This document shows, in pieces, positions 8,650-18,100 of a stretch of 40,000 nt of DNA. Numbering within the stretch: position 1 is the first letter of the stretch; each line of letters begins with the position of its first letter. The stretch covers positions 310,903-350,902 of the forward strand of contig NZ_JBLXBI010000002.1 in the NCBI RefSeq assembly GCF_048265525.1, read 5' to 3'. The notes beneath the pieces are model-generated. The model saw only the letters and a list, made by a program, of their open reading frames with translations. It had not been told where the DNA came from and ran no database searches. Source of the DNA: Idiomarina sp. Its GTDB lineage: Bacteria; Pseudomonadota; Gammaproteobacteria; Enterobacterales; Alteromonadaceae. Made by a program: the position numbers and the translations under genes.

Positions 8650-10482
8650 TTGGGAAAACCTCTAAAAAAGTTATCAAATTACCCAGGAATATGGCGTATT
8701 GACGGCTACAGCAATATGCAGCTGTATGCTAACAGTGCGCCAAGAGTATTTATCTCTTTATCACAAATTAAAGAAGAAGGAAGTGATGTTGCGCTATATA
8801 ACGGGCAGGTAACGGGCAAGCAAATTTGGCTAAATGAGCCCTTAAGTCGCATTTCCGATTTATTGATAGGCTCATGTTGGCGCGGTGGAAAGGATGGTGA
8901 AGGAAAACGCATTAACCGGCCTGCACCTATGTCTAAATCATTCCTAGTCGATACTTCTAAAGTTCAAATAGTAAAGCTGATTGAGCCTGTTACTCTCAAC
9001 GGAGTAGAGTACAGGTCGGCTCTTCCCTCGCGAGCTATTAAGTTAGGCAAGCATTTGAATCGAATGAAGGATTCCTTCTATGCAGTTGTGCCTGTCTTGA
9101 ATGATGCCGATACAAAGTTTCTAGTCATTTCATGTTATGAACTATACCGAGCATACCTAGGGGTTAGCAGTGGATTAATGAACAATATTGTTCAGGGCGA
9201 CTTAAGGAAGTTTTTTGAGTGGAATGATCCGAAGCTGAGAGCTAAACGAAGACTCAGTAGACTTGAGCAGTTTGTTGCTTACAGAGGTCATTACGACCAA
9301 GAGGGACGAGAGTGGTTTTATATGCCTTCGAACCACTTGAAGGCAACTCGTATGGCCAATCAATATGAGGAAGAACAAAATCGAGAACCACTAGTATTGA
9401 AAGCTACCTTCCCTTTCAAGGGCCGAACCCTATTGACCGTAGCTGGGAAAGCGTTCCGCAACGTAAATGACAAAGGTTCGGTTTGGTGTGTCTTTGCTGC
9501 GAATCTCCTTCACTGCAGCAGCCCTGTTGATTTTGATGTTCAAATAGAAAGTGATAAGTATTCGACAAGTCCTTTGCCCTGGAGTAATGAAACTGGAGGC
9601 TCTGCTCATGATGAGGAAGATGAATTTGATGAAGAAGATCTTCCTGACAGTGAAGAACCTCCAAATGCACGTGGGCGTGGCGCTCACTTGCTAAACTCTA
9701 ATAACTTTTTCGGTGCAATGCGAGACGTCGGATTCCAGCATTACGATACTGGTGAATCAAAAGACCCGGTATACGAGAAGGATACAGGGGAACCTTTAGA
9801 TGCTTATTCGTTAGAAGAGCTTGAATCTAAATCAGAGGGGGAGCCTAAAATATTACAGACAGGCGAGTTTGACTCGCATATTGATACTGTGGGGAGAGAG
9901 TTATCCGACTTTATAAAGATGATTGTGCGCTTAAGAGGTCTTGTTGCTAAGCGTGGATGGGAATTGAGAACGAGGAATCGAGGTTCAGCTCTTATCATAG
10001 TAGAAGGTGAGGTCGTAACTACATTTTTACAAAGCAATAATCCCCGTAAAAGCTGGCACCTGATTGAGGACGAAAATCAAGACAGACTTCGGCAGATAGT
10101 TTGGGTTGAAATTGCGCTTGGGAATGATCAGTTTATTTATATTATGGAGATGGAGCTGAAAGAGAGCGAGAGTGGAAAAAGTACACTTTGTGTTATAGCG
10201 AACGGTTACAAGTATATGGGCGAAGAGGATTTTAGAATTTTTTTAGGAATGACAGCAGTTCAGAATAAATGGCCAAGAGCCAGTCATCAATGGAAGTCAG
10301 ATAAAGCTTATGCAGCTGCAAAAAATTACTTTAGCGCCTATAGTCATTTAGGCATTTCACATCCGGCAACTCACCACACCAAGGATGGAAAAAGAGAGCC
10401 ATTAGATAACAGTGAGTTAAAAGATAAATGGGCTTCCAATATAGAGCAAGTGTTGCTTGAAATATCAGGCGGCCAACAGTAG
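8650..10482 (+). CDS. Possible TnsE-like second target-selection protein (start uncertain, TTG 8650)
   Basis: This 610-aa ORF occupies the tnsE position. It has a central acidic stretch (DEEDEFDEEDLPDSEEP) and a C-terminal segment (...NDQFIYIMEMELKESESGKSTL...NKWP). Both resemble my recollection of Tn7 TnsE. The call rests on memory and position only. Confidence 0.45.
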   Translation: MGKPLKKLSNYPGIWRIDGYSNMQLYANSAPRVFISLSQIKEEGSDVALYNGQVTGKQIWLNEPLSRISDLLIGSCWRGGKDGEGKRINRPAPMSKSFLVDTSKVQIVKLIEPVTLNGVEYRSALPSRAIKLGKHLNRMKDSFYAVVPVLNDADTKFLVISCYELYRAYLGVSSGLMNNIVQGDLRKFFEWNDPKLRAKRRLSRLEQFVAYRGHYDQEGREWFYMPSNHLKATRMANQYEEEQNREPLVLKATFPFKGRTLLTVAGKAFRNVNDKGSVWCVFAANLLHCSSPVDFDVQIESDKYSTSPLPWSNETGGSAHDEEDEFDEEDLPDSEEPPNARGRGAHLLNSNNFFGAMRDVGFQHYDTGESKDPVYEKDTGEPLDAYSLEELESKSEGEPKILQTGEFDSHIDTVGRELSDFIKMIVRLRGLVAKRGWELRTRNRGSALIIVEGEVVTTFLQSNNPRKSWHLIEDENQDRLRQIVWVEIALGNDQFIYIMEMELKESESGKSTLCVIANGYKYMGEEDFRIFLGMTAVQNKWPRASHQWKSDKAYAAAKNYFSAYSHLGISHPATHHTKDGKREPLDNSELKDKWASNIEQVLLEISGGQQ

Positions 10483-10508
10483 CTCTATTAGGTCTTGAAA
10501 ATCACTAG

Positions 10509-10685
10509 TTATTCATTTTCCGATTCTGATTCTATGCGGAGATAAATCTCTTCTCGATGAACGCCAACGTCTTGAGGGGCTTCAATTCCCAAACGTACCT
10601 GATTTCCCTTGATACCAAGAACAGTAACACTTACTTCGTCACCAATTTTTAGAGTCTCGCCATTTCGACGAGTAAGAATAAGCAT
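10509..10685 (-). CDS. csrA: CsrA/RsmA-family RNA-binding translational regulator (58 aa; absent from the ORF track)
   Basis: Hand translation of the minus strand gives [58 protein letters not shown]. It is near-colinear with CsrA, including MLILTRR and VHREEIY. An AAGGA motif lies about 7 nt upstream of the ATG. Confidence 0.88.
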   Translation of the reverse strand: MLILTRRNGETLKIGDEVSVTVLGIKGNQVRLGIEAPQDVGVHREEIYLRIESESENE

Positions 10686-10989
10686 ATCGACATCCTTTGT
10701 TAAAAATTATAGCTTATCGAAGCCTAGAGAGAATAGAAACTAATTGGAGCAGCTAACGTTATAGTCGTACATCGATAGTTTATAATTTCTTACATCAGAT
10801 ATAATTCGCTCGAAAATTTTAAGAGAGTTAATCTCACTATCTATACTGTTTACTTTTTTAATGTCATAGTTTATCAAAAGGTTGTTGTCTAATCCGTTTT
10901 AGCTTCCGCGATATCCATATATTTCAGGTTAACGATCACTGCTTGCTCATAATAAGAAAGGCAGAAGCTGGGTGTCAGATATAGCTAAT

Positions 10990-11475
10990 TTAAAAGCTAT
11001 GGGGCTGCTGTTTAGCCTGGCTTACAACTATAAAAGTAATTAACATTATATGCACTAGATTTAGGAATACACAAGAAAGTATCCACTTTAGCCAGTTGAT
11101 TGACATGTTATCTAGTACCATTAGAATACATAAGCTAAAGGTTAGAAGTAAGAAAACAATTGCGGCTCCATAAAGATGAAAGAATATAGATAGGTAACCT
11201 TCTTGTCGCCATTCTTCGAATGCAGGATTCCGACTGACAGTGAATAAATAAGCTCCTATTGCTGCTATAAAACCTGTCATTGTTATACTAAAAGTCGTAA
11301 CGAAACCGAGAATAACTGGTAGGTTACTAGGCATAATATAGGGAAATAGCGTGGCCACTCCTAGGATATAAACTAGCCCGTTATACAGTCCGTATACGCC
11401 ACATACAAAGAGAACTGTAAAAAGCCAAATAGCCGCCTTCCAGTACGTTTCTTCTTTGTCGCTGAGCATCGTCAT
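10990..11475 (-). CDS. Small polytopic membrane protein (4-5 TM), RexB-like
   Basis: The 161-aa ORF is almost entirely hydrophobic helices. It lies 14 bp downstream of the 343-aa ORF. The segment ITMTGFIAAIGAYLFTVSRNPAFEEWRQEGYLSIFF resembles the lambda RexB central region as I recall it. The CDS call is solid; the Rex assignment is tentative. Confidence 0.5.
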   Translation of the reverse strand: MTMLSDKEETYWKAAIWLFTVLFVCGVYGLYNGLVYILGVATLFPYIMPSNLPVILGFVTTFSITMTGFIAAIGAYLFTVSRNPAFEEWRQEGYLSIFFHLYGAAIVFLLLTFSLCILMVLDNMSINWLKWILSCVFLNLVHIMLITFIVVSQAKQQPHSF

Positions 11476-11489
11476 TAAAGAAGTCCCAC

Positions 11490-12521
11490 CTAATATGATC
11501 CACTATTCGTTAGCATAGACCATTTATCACAAACCGGTCCACTATGAAGCTTTGTAGTCATTGAATTAAAATAACTATCACAGATACTATTAACAGACTG
11601 ATTTTTTGATCTTTTTTCTTCAATCTGATGCTCGATCGTGGTTTTTAATTTAGGGTAGATCACATCATAGATAACAAGACTATGATCTAAATACATGTCT
11701 TTAATATTCTCAGCCAGGGAGTTACGCTTACCCCTAAAATGGGCGCGAGCAAATTCACTACTATTAGTATCGGATTCGAGAAGGTTTAGCAAAGGCTTGA
11801 TATCGTCTTCAATCCCTTTGTCACCTGTATTTGTTCGTTTAAAGCTAATTTCAATTTCTAGGTTGTTAGCAACCTTACCGTTAGTTAAAAACTTTTTTAA
11901 CTTAGTCATTTGTGAAGATCTACTATCCAGAATGATGTCCGCCTGAGATATCATAGCTAAGCTCTTGACTTCTGAACGTGATATCTCAGATATTAAAGGC
12001 TCAAGAGAAATTTCGTAAAGTTCGTCTGAAGTCAATCCATTTAAAACTTCATTCAAGTAAAACTGTAGGTCCTCAAAGTTAGCACCACCCTGGGAAGATG
12101 CAATACCGACAATCGGTCGTGACTTATCAATAAAAATATAGGTAACTTTTTCTAGGCTATCTCCGCCTATAACCGTACTTAAATGATTTATTCTTCCTGA
12201 GCTTTTATCAAGAGTTCTATATTGGTGTAGATCTGTTGGTGTCATTAAGTAAAAAATGGAGTTATATTGTCCAGCTTTTGCAAAATATAATTCTTTATCC
12301 GTCTTGTCATTAGTTTTTACTAGACAATTTTCATTCTTTTGGTATGTACAAAAGGTATCAATCACGTCTTTAACGCAAACCTTCCTTCTTTCGCCTTTTT
12401 TTTTAAATTTAATGGTATAAGTAAAATAATTTAGCTTCATAAAACTCCGGCTCTTGGCCAAATGCATTAGTTTCCGATAGTGTTTCCAGCATATATTGAA
12501 AAATGATTTACTAGCAAACAT
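11490..12521 (-). CDS. Soluble protein of unknown function, RexA-like (true start possibly Met-28 at 12440)
   Basis: The 343-aa ORF abuts the upstream stop (TAAATG). From MKLNYFTYTIKFKKKGERRKV..., ...YIFIDKSRPIVGIASSQGGANFEDLQFYL... and ISLEPLIS... it resembles lambda RexA in order and spacing as I recall it. It is followed by a 4-TM protein, as in rexA-rexB. Confidence 0.45.
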   Translation of the reverse strand: MFASKSFFNICWKHYRKLMHLAKSRSFMKLNYFTYTIKFKKKGERRKVCVKDVIDTFCTYQKNENCLVKTNDKTDKELYFAKAGQYNSIFYLMTPTDLHQYRTLDKSSGRINHLSTVIGGDSLEKVTYIFIDKSRPIVGIASSQGGANFEDLQFYLNEVLNGLTSDELYEISLEPLISEISRSEVKSLAMISQADIILDSRSSQMTKLKKFLTNGKVANNLEIEISFKRTNTGDKGIEDDIKPLLNLLESDTNSSEFARAHFRGKRNSLAENIKDMYLDHSLVIYDVIYPKLKTTIEHQIEEKRSKNQSVNSICDSYFNSMTTKLHSGPVCDKWSMLTNSGSY

Positions 12522-13592
12522 TTAAATGTATAAAGAGATCAATTGTTCTCTTGATATATGCAAACCTCTATGCTCTAAGCCCGTTTTTCGTATTACGAAT
12601 AGTGCTTCTATAGCCTCTATAAGCTCTTTTCCGCCTCCATGGTGGAGTAATCTATGACAAGTTGGGCATAGGGCAACGATATTTTCAGGTACATCTATGT
12701 TAAACGTAAAATCATCTTGGTAACTTAACGGAACCAAGTGATGGGCTTCAACAAAATTCTCACCGCTGCTTTTGCTCTTAAAGGTCTTATGAGCGGGCTC
12801 CAATTGACAAAGGTATCCTGAGTTACGAAGACTAATTGAGGAAACGGCAACATTCCTTCGCCGGCTACCTGTATTAGAAAACTGATTTGGACTAGGCTTT
12901 GGAAGCGGTCCATCAGGTAAGTAGCACTGATGAGCTTTCTGAATATTTTTCTGAAAGGAGTCCTCAGTCTCAATCCCTATCGTGGTGAGCAGAGTTGAGC
13001 CATAGTACTCAACCAACACTCGATAAATAGAAAGAAGAGAGACTAAGTACTTATCGATTTGCGACCAAGAGAAGAGAGTGTTTACTTCAAAACTTTTACC
13101 TATAATATGCCCGGCTTCATATCCCTTACCACGTTCAAGACTGGCTCCTAAATCAGCCGAAACCTCGTAAGTAGAAAAATCATTGATTAAATGCTGAAGT
13201 TCCTCTCTAACAGAGCAAGCTCTATCCTTTAATGTTCTAAATTTCTCCGTCCTGTTCAACTTTTTTCCAATCGGTCTCTCGAAGCCTTGGTTTAAGCTTA
13301 ATAGAATTCTCTTCATGTCTTCCGAAAACAGAAGCGCGACGTAGTAACCACTTTTCGCTGAGTTTGTGACTCTGGCATCCATAAATGTAACTAAAGGGAT
13401 TTTGGGATAACGGTGATTTGGCTGGGCGATACATCCTTTTATTAGAAGCTCTTCACTACCCTGCAAAGCATTTTGAAAAGCAGTAGGCAACTCTTTCGAA
13501 AAAATCTTATAAAACTTATCGTTACTTGCAACAGTTTTGCCCTCTGTATAGGGGATATAGTCTCTACTTATTGCCTTTACAGTATCAAGCAT
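12522..13592 (-). CDS. DUF3578 (MrcB N-terminal-like) + HNH endonuclease; putative modification-dependent (type IV-like) nuclease
   Basis: The N-terminal signature is IPLVTFMDARVTNSAKSGYYVALLFSEDMKRILLSLNQG, the pattern of McrB-type DNA-reading DUF3578 domains. The C-terminal HNH is FVEAHHLVPLS...NIVALCPTCHRLLHHG. Confidence 0.8.
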   Translation of the reverse strand: MLDTVKAISRDYIPYTEGKTVASNDKFYKIFSKELPTAFQNALQGSEELLIKGCIAQPNHRYPKIPLVTFMDARVTNSAKSGYYVALLFSEDMKRILLSLNQGFERPIGKKLNRTEKFRTLKDRACSVREELQHLINDFSTYEVSADLGASLERGKGYEAGHIIGKSFEVNTLFSWSQIDKYLVSLLSIYRVLVEYYGSTLLTTIGIETEDSFQKNIQKAHQCYLPDGPLPKPSPNQFSNTGSRRRNVAVSSISLRNSGYLCQLEPAHKTFKSKSSGENFVEAHHLVPLSYQDDFTFNIDVPENIVALCPTCHRLLHHGGGKELIEAIEALFVIRKTGLEHRGLHISREQLISLYI

Positions 13593-13614
13593 GCTCGTTC
13601 CTTTAAGTTAACTA

Positions 13615-13974
13615 TTACCGAACCTTAGACATCCAGTGTGCTGTATGCAGTAGCTGGGCTATAGCCACGGCAGACTCTTGTGAACCATCCCAAACACTTT
13701 TTAAAGCATCCATGATGACCGTGCAATTCTCAGGCTCTACGTCTTTCTGCAAACTCTTAAGGGCTACGCCTTCATTGTTAGTAAACTCCAATCCCAAAAA
13801 GTTGAATATTTTCAACAGCGATCCAGAATCCACCTTTACTAGATGCCCATTAATAGCCTTGCTTACCATATATTTACTGACGCCTGTATTGTCTGCTATA
13901 TCTTGGTTTTTTAAGTTCAGATCTTTCATTCTCGACTTTAAAGAGTCAGCAATAGTTGTTGATTTACTACTCAT
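13615..13974 (-). CDS. XRE-family helix-turn-helix regulator (controller/repressor-like)
   Basis: 119 aa with an HTH segment LKNQDIADNTGVSKYMVSKAINGH. It is the first gene of the minus-strand operon and is divergent from the methyltransferase gene. Confidence 0.75.
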   Translation of the reverse strand: MSSKSTTIADSLKSRMKDLNLKNQDIADNTGVSKYMVSKAINGHLVKVDSGSLLKIFNFLGLEFTNNEGVALKSLQKDVEPENCTVIMDALKSVWDGSQESAVAIAQLLHTAHWMSKVR

Positions 13975-14014
13975 AAAAACACCAATTATTGTTGAAATTA
14001 TTCAACTATTGTTG
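13950..14014. promoter_or_regulatory. Three direct CAAnnnTTGTTG repeats in the divergent control region (candidate operator)
   Basis: The copies are CAATAGTTGTTG (13950-13961), CAATTATTGTTG (13983-13994) and CAACTATTGTTG (14003-14014). The last two are 20 bp apart start to start. They lie between the XRE gene start (13974) and the MTase start (14061). Confidence 0.35.
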
Positions 14015-14060
14015 TATAAACTTAGTTATGTTTCAAGGGAAAATTTAAATTAGAATATTT

Positions 14061-15179
14061 ATGAGCAAACTATGTTACTTAAAGGAAAATGCGCTTAATT
14101 CCATTTGCCCTTATTTCACTATGTTTCCACTCGAGTACCCAATAAGACACTTGAAGAAGTTTAAAATGGGTAATCCAGTGGTAGTGGATCCTTTCTGCGG
14201 TCGAGGTACGACATTATTTGCAGCTAGAAAGTTAGGGCTTAATGCTTGGGGGATAGATACGTCTCCAGTTGCAACCGCTATAGCTAAAGCAAAGATGGCT
14301 AGTTGCTCTAAAGCGGATATATTAGAACTCGCGCGAGAACTCTTACAAAAGACTCCTAATGACGTACCGGAGAATGAATTTTTTAAAAGGTTATATTCCT
14401 CGTCAACTCTTGAAAGCGTTTGCGCGTTACGCGAAGGTCTTTTGTCAATAAATCAGGAAACAAATGCTTCAATAGTTCTCAGAGCTTTAACTCTAGGGGC
14501 ATTGCATGGACCTTTGAATAAGTCTATTGAGAATTCTATATACTTTTCAAATCAAATGCCTAGGACTTTCGCATCTAAGCCCGACTACTCGATCAAGTAC
14601 TGGTCTCAAAAGGGGCTCTTTCCGCCAAAAATAAATCCAATCGACGTCCTGAAAAGGAAGTTAGACAGGATTCCGACTTTTAATCATTCTTTAAACGGAA
14701 GTTATCATCAAGTAATAGAGGGAGATGCACAGTTAGAGTCGACAACTAACCAAATTAGCGATGATTTTTCGCTCGTCATAACGTCCCCTCCTTATTATGG
14801 GATGAAAACGTATGTGCAAGATCAGTGGTTAAGAAACTGGTTTTTAGGAGGGCCGCCAATAGTAGACTATACTTCCGGCCCTCAACTTGAGCACAAAGGT
14901 ACCGAAGGCTTTGCGAAGTCGCTCGGAAAAGTTTGGAGCAATATGGCAAATTCTAAAGCCAATAATTTAAAAATGTTTGTGAGGTTTGGCATAATTCCCT
15001 CGGCTAAGGTAGATGCAAAAAGTCTCATGCATATGTCGTTAGAATCTTCGTCAGCTAACTGGCGAATTATATCCACTCGGAGTGCTCACACAGCAGAAAA
15101 AGGAAAGCGGCAAGCGACTCAAATGCAATCTAAGTCTAATGCCGCAATTGAATACGACTTTCATATCGAGAGAATCTAG
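14061..15179 (+). CDS. DNA amino-methyltransferase (N6-A or N4-C), permuted motif order
   Basis: The AdoMet-binding region is FPLEYPIRHL...VVDPFCGRGTTLFAARKLG...GIDTSP, near the N-terminus. The catalytic SPPY (LVITSPPYYGMKTY) lies about 190 aa later. Confidence 0.85.
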   Translation: MSKLCYLKENALNSICPYFTMFPLEYPIRHLKKFKMGNPVVVDPFCGRGTTLFAARKLGLNAWGIDTSPVATAIAKAKMASCSKADILELARELLQKTPNDVPENEFFKRLYSSSTLESVCALREGLLSINQETNASIVLRALTLGALHGPLNKSIENSIYFSNQMPRTFASKPDYSIKYWSQKGLFPPKINPIDVLKRKLDRIPTFNHSLNGSYHQVIEGDAQLESTTNQISDDFSLVITSPPYYGMKTYVQDQWLRNWFLGGPPIVDYTSGPQLEHKGTEGFAKSLGKVWSNMANSKANNLKMFVRFGIIPSAKVDAKSLMHMSLESSSANWRIISTRSAHTAEKGKRQATQMQSKSNAAIEYDFHIERI

Positions 15180-18100
15180 CTACTAATACTGTTGGATCTC
15201 CAGTGCAAGGTAACATCCCTTGTCATATCGGCCGCGTTAACTTGGTAGTGAGTAGTGGCATTACAGTACTGGTATACATAATTTTTAATTGCTCTTGAAG
15301 TAATGACCACATCTAAGTCATCGGGTAAATGGTGAACCAACTCTTCGGATATGAACAGAACGGCTTTGCATTCGGCCCTAGAGATAGCAACATTGGTTCT
15401 ATTCAATTGCAATAGAAACTCTTCCTCTGCTTCGATAATAGATGGGTCGCCAACTCCAAACGCAACTAAAATAATATGTCGTTCGCCACCTTGGAAACGC
15501 TCTACTGTATCAATGGCCTCAACTATTAAAGTCGGATCATGGTCTGGAAAGAAGCCCAGTAGTTTTCTAAATATTAATGACTTCTGTGCTTTGTGCGGAG
15601 TTACAATTCCGATTACCTTTTTCCAGAAAACCTCCTTGGATAGGTTAGAAAAACTTGATTTTTCATCAATACTAGGCTCTGCACTTACATTGCGCCAAGC
15701 ATAATAAACATACTCTGCTACAATAGCCGCTTCAAACTCATTAGCCTGTGAACTTTTCCCATCTGGATAAGTTACAGCGGCTACTCTCTTTTCAGGATCT
15801 AGTGCTGATAGATAGAAACTCTCGTCGCTGCTGCAATCCGCCTGGGGATTAACAACGATACGCTTTAATTTCTGTTTAGCTTGTAACGTATCTTTATACC
15901 CAATATAGTGGCCAAAGTTAACTATATCTTGATTAGACCTGAAGTTAGTATTCAATGTTTGAGTACGAATATTGAACCGTTTTATTAGGTATTCTTGGAA
16001 ACTCCCAACAAGGTATTCCGCTCCTTTAGGCGGGCAGGCGGCGTGAATCGGGGGCATTTGAAGGTGATCTCCAAATACATTCAGACGAGCATTACTTGAT
16101 AAGCTAGTTAATACTAGAATGGCATTCGCAACATCAACTTGTGAACATTCATCAATAGCTATGTAGTCAAAGAGCTCAACATTAGAAGATTCTTCAAGCT
16201 CAGACTTCAATTTATGTACACTTTGAGGTGTAGCCACTGTGACCGTAATCTTTCCTTTTTCTCTACCTTTAAGCGAAGCGGCTAACTCACCTAACTCTTC
16301 GCCATCGCTTAAACATCTTTGGCCACCAAAAACCCGAATGTTTATATTCTCATAGTCATTTCGTTTTTCAAAAATTGATTTCCAAATCCCACCAGCTCTG
16401 TCTGACGCTAATAAATTAACCTCAATATTTAAACTCTCACCGAGAGAGTTAAAAATGGGTAATAGGCGAGCAACTAAGACTTCACATGCTCTATAAGTGG
16501 GTCCAGTTATCAGCATCCTACTTGAATCCTTTTCAATAGCCGATAGCTCTGCCTCTAAGGAAATTATATATTTAGCAACATCTGTTTTACCCGTTCCCGG
16601 AGGTCCCCAAACAACTGATAGTTTCCTTGTTAGGGAGTTAATAATCGCTTCTCGCTGATTCTCTTCAAGAGGAAAAGCACCATGGCGAGCCTCCATATCT
16701 CTTAGACTATCCTTAACTTGATCAATATTGTTTCTTACTGTAATTTCAGATAGTTTATCTGCTATCCAAAGAAAATTGGCAGCTGGTGTAACAACGCTTC
16801 TACCTGGATTTTTCTCTTTTGTAATACCTTGGGCAAGTAGAGCTTTCTGATCCGGAAAGGCTATGGGAGGATTACCAATATCAGCCAAACACTTTTTTAG
16901 TTTTGGAGTTAACGTATCCGTCGAGGTACCCAAGAGTGAAAAATTTTTTGATAAGTCTATGTCAGCTAGATTTTGAATTGAAAACGCGATATCTTCTGCT
17001 TTCATTGATGTATACTGAATGGCTATATATCCATCGACTCGATCAAATTTAACTAGTTTAATTCTTAAAAATGATCCGACCCTCATGTTAGGGTAGATCG
17101 AGTGGTCGATACTGAGGTTTTCGGGAATATTGCCGTCGAATATCTTTCCGAACTTATCCTCTGGGAAACCCGGAGATTGATCGGGTACGATGGTTAAAAA
17201 AGCGTCACCTTCTTTGATTTTAGAGTTCTTTGAATCCTCAGAAATTTTATATAATTTTTCTCTACTACGGCGTAACCCCCAGCTTTCAAACTTCTCTTGG
17301 ACAAACTTCGGGTCTTCCACTTCGTTCAAAACATGTATAGATTTATAAGAGGCTTCCAGCTCGTCTGCGGAACTAAAATAGCTTTTCTTGTTATCTATAT
17401 TTTCAATACTTGCACAAACTTCGGAAAATGCCATCCAAAGTTTTGAGTCTTGTGCCATTTTGTTATAGCTTTTCGCATCTCTCAGCTTAATCGGGGCTGC
17501 TTTTACTTTGAGTTGTTGCCTCAAATTAGCCCTTAGCTGCTTTGTTATCTTTTCAACTCCACTTACAAGCGTACACATAGTTCTATTCAGTTTGTCATAA
17601 ACTTCTTTATAATGTGGGGAGTCATTTTTATTCCAAATCTCATATATTCTTTCTTTTGGAATAGCGTCAGAAAATGGATCGCAATAATAGTCACTTACCT
17701 GAAAAAACTTTTGCTCATTTTCGGGTAGAATGGACTTTGCGACATTCAATATTGTATATGAATAAGGTACAGGGAGAGCCGCCATTTTCTGAAGACATTC
17801 TTTTACGAATGAGATCACTGGAACACTAGTTAACTCGGGGTGCTTATTCAACTCTTCAGGAGGAAAAAGCCATGATAATCCTTTAAAAGACTTGTCTTCC
17901 AATATTCGCCATAGATGCCTTCCTATAACCTTTGTTAAGAACTCGTATTGCCTAGGTTCCCAAAAGTATAAATGTGTAGTCGAATTCTTAACTTTGCTTG
18001 GGTCATTATATTTGTCTCTATTATTAGTATATTCGAAAATACTTTTTAGTTTGATTAAAAAACCCTTTAAGGCCTGAAACTCTTCTTCAGCTGTATTTTC

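Noticed and set aside
10990-12521. Kiwa (KwaA membrane protein + KwaB) as an alternative assignment for the 343-aa / 161-aa pair
   Set aside because: In Kiwa the membrane protein gene comes first and KwaB second. Here the order is soluble then membrane, and the local sequence patterns fit RexA/RexB better. A profile search is still needed to settle it.
13712-14053. Plus-strand 113-aa ORF antisense to the XRE gene
   Set aside because: It overlaps the HTH gene and the intergenic control region. Its sequence is hydrophobic and low-complexity, and it has no RBS.
15351-18077. Plus-strand ORFs 15351-15704 and 17892-18077 inside the nuclease-helicase gene
   Set aside because: They are antisense to a 1446-aa ORF that has complete helicase motifs. 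They are shadow ORFs.
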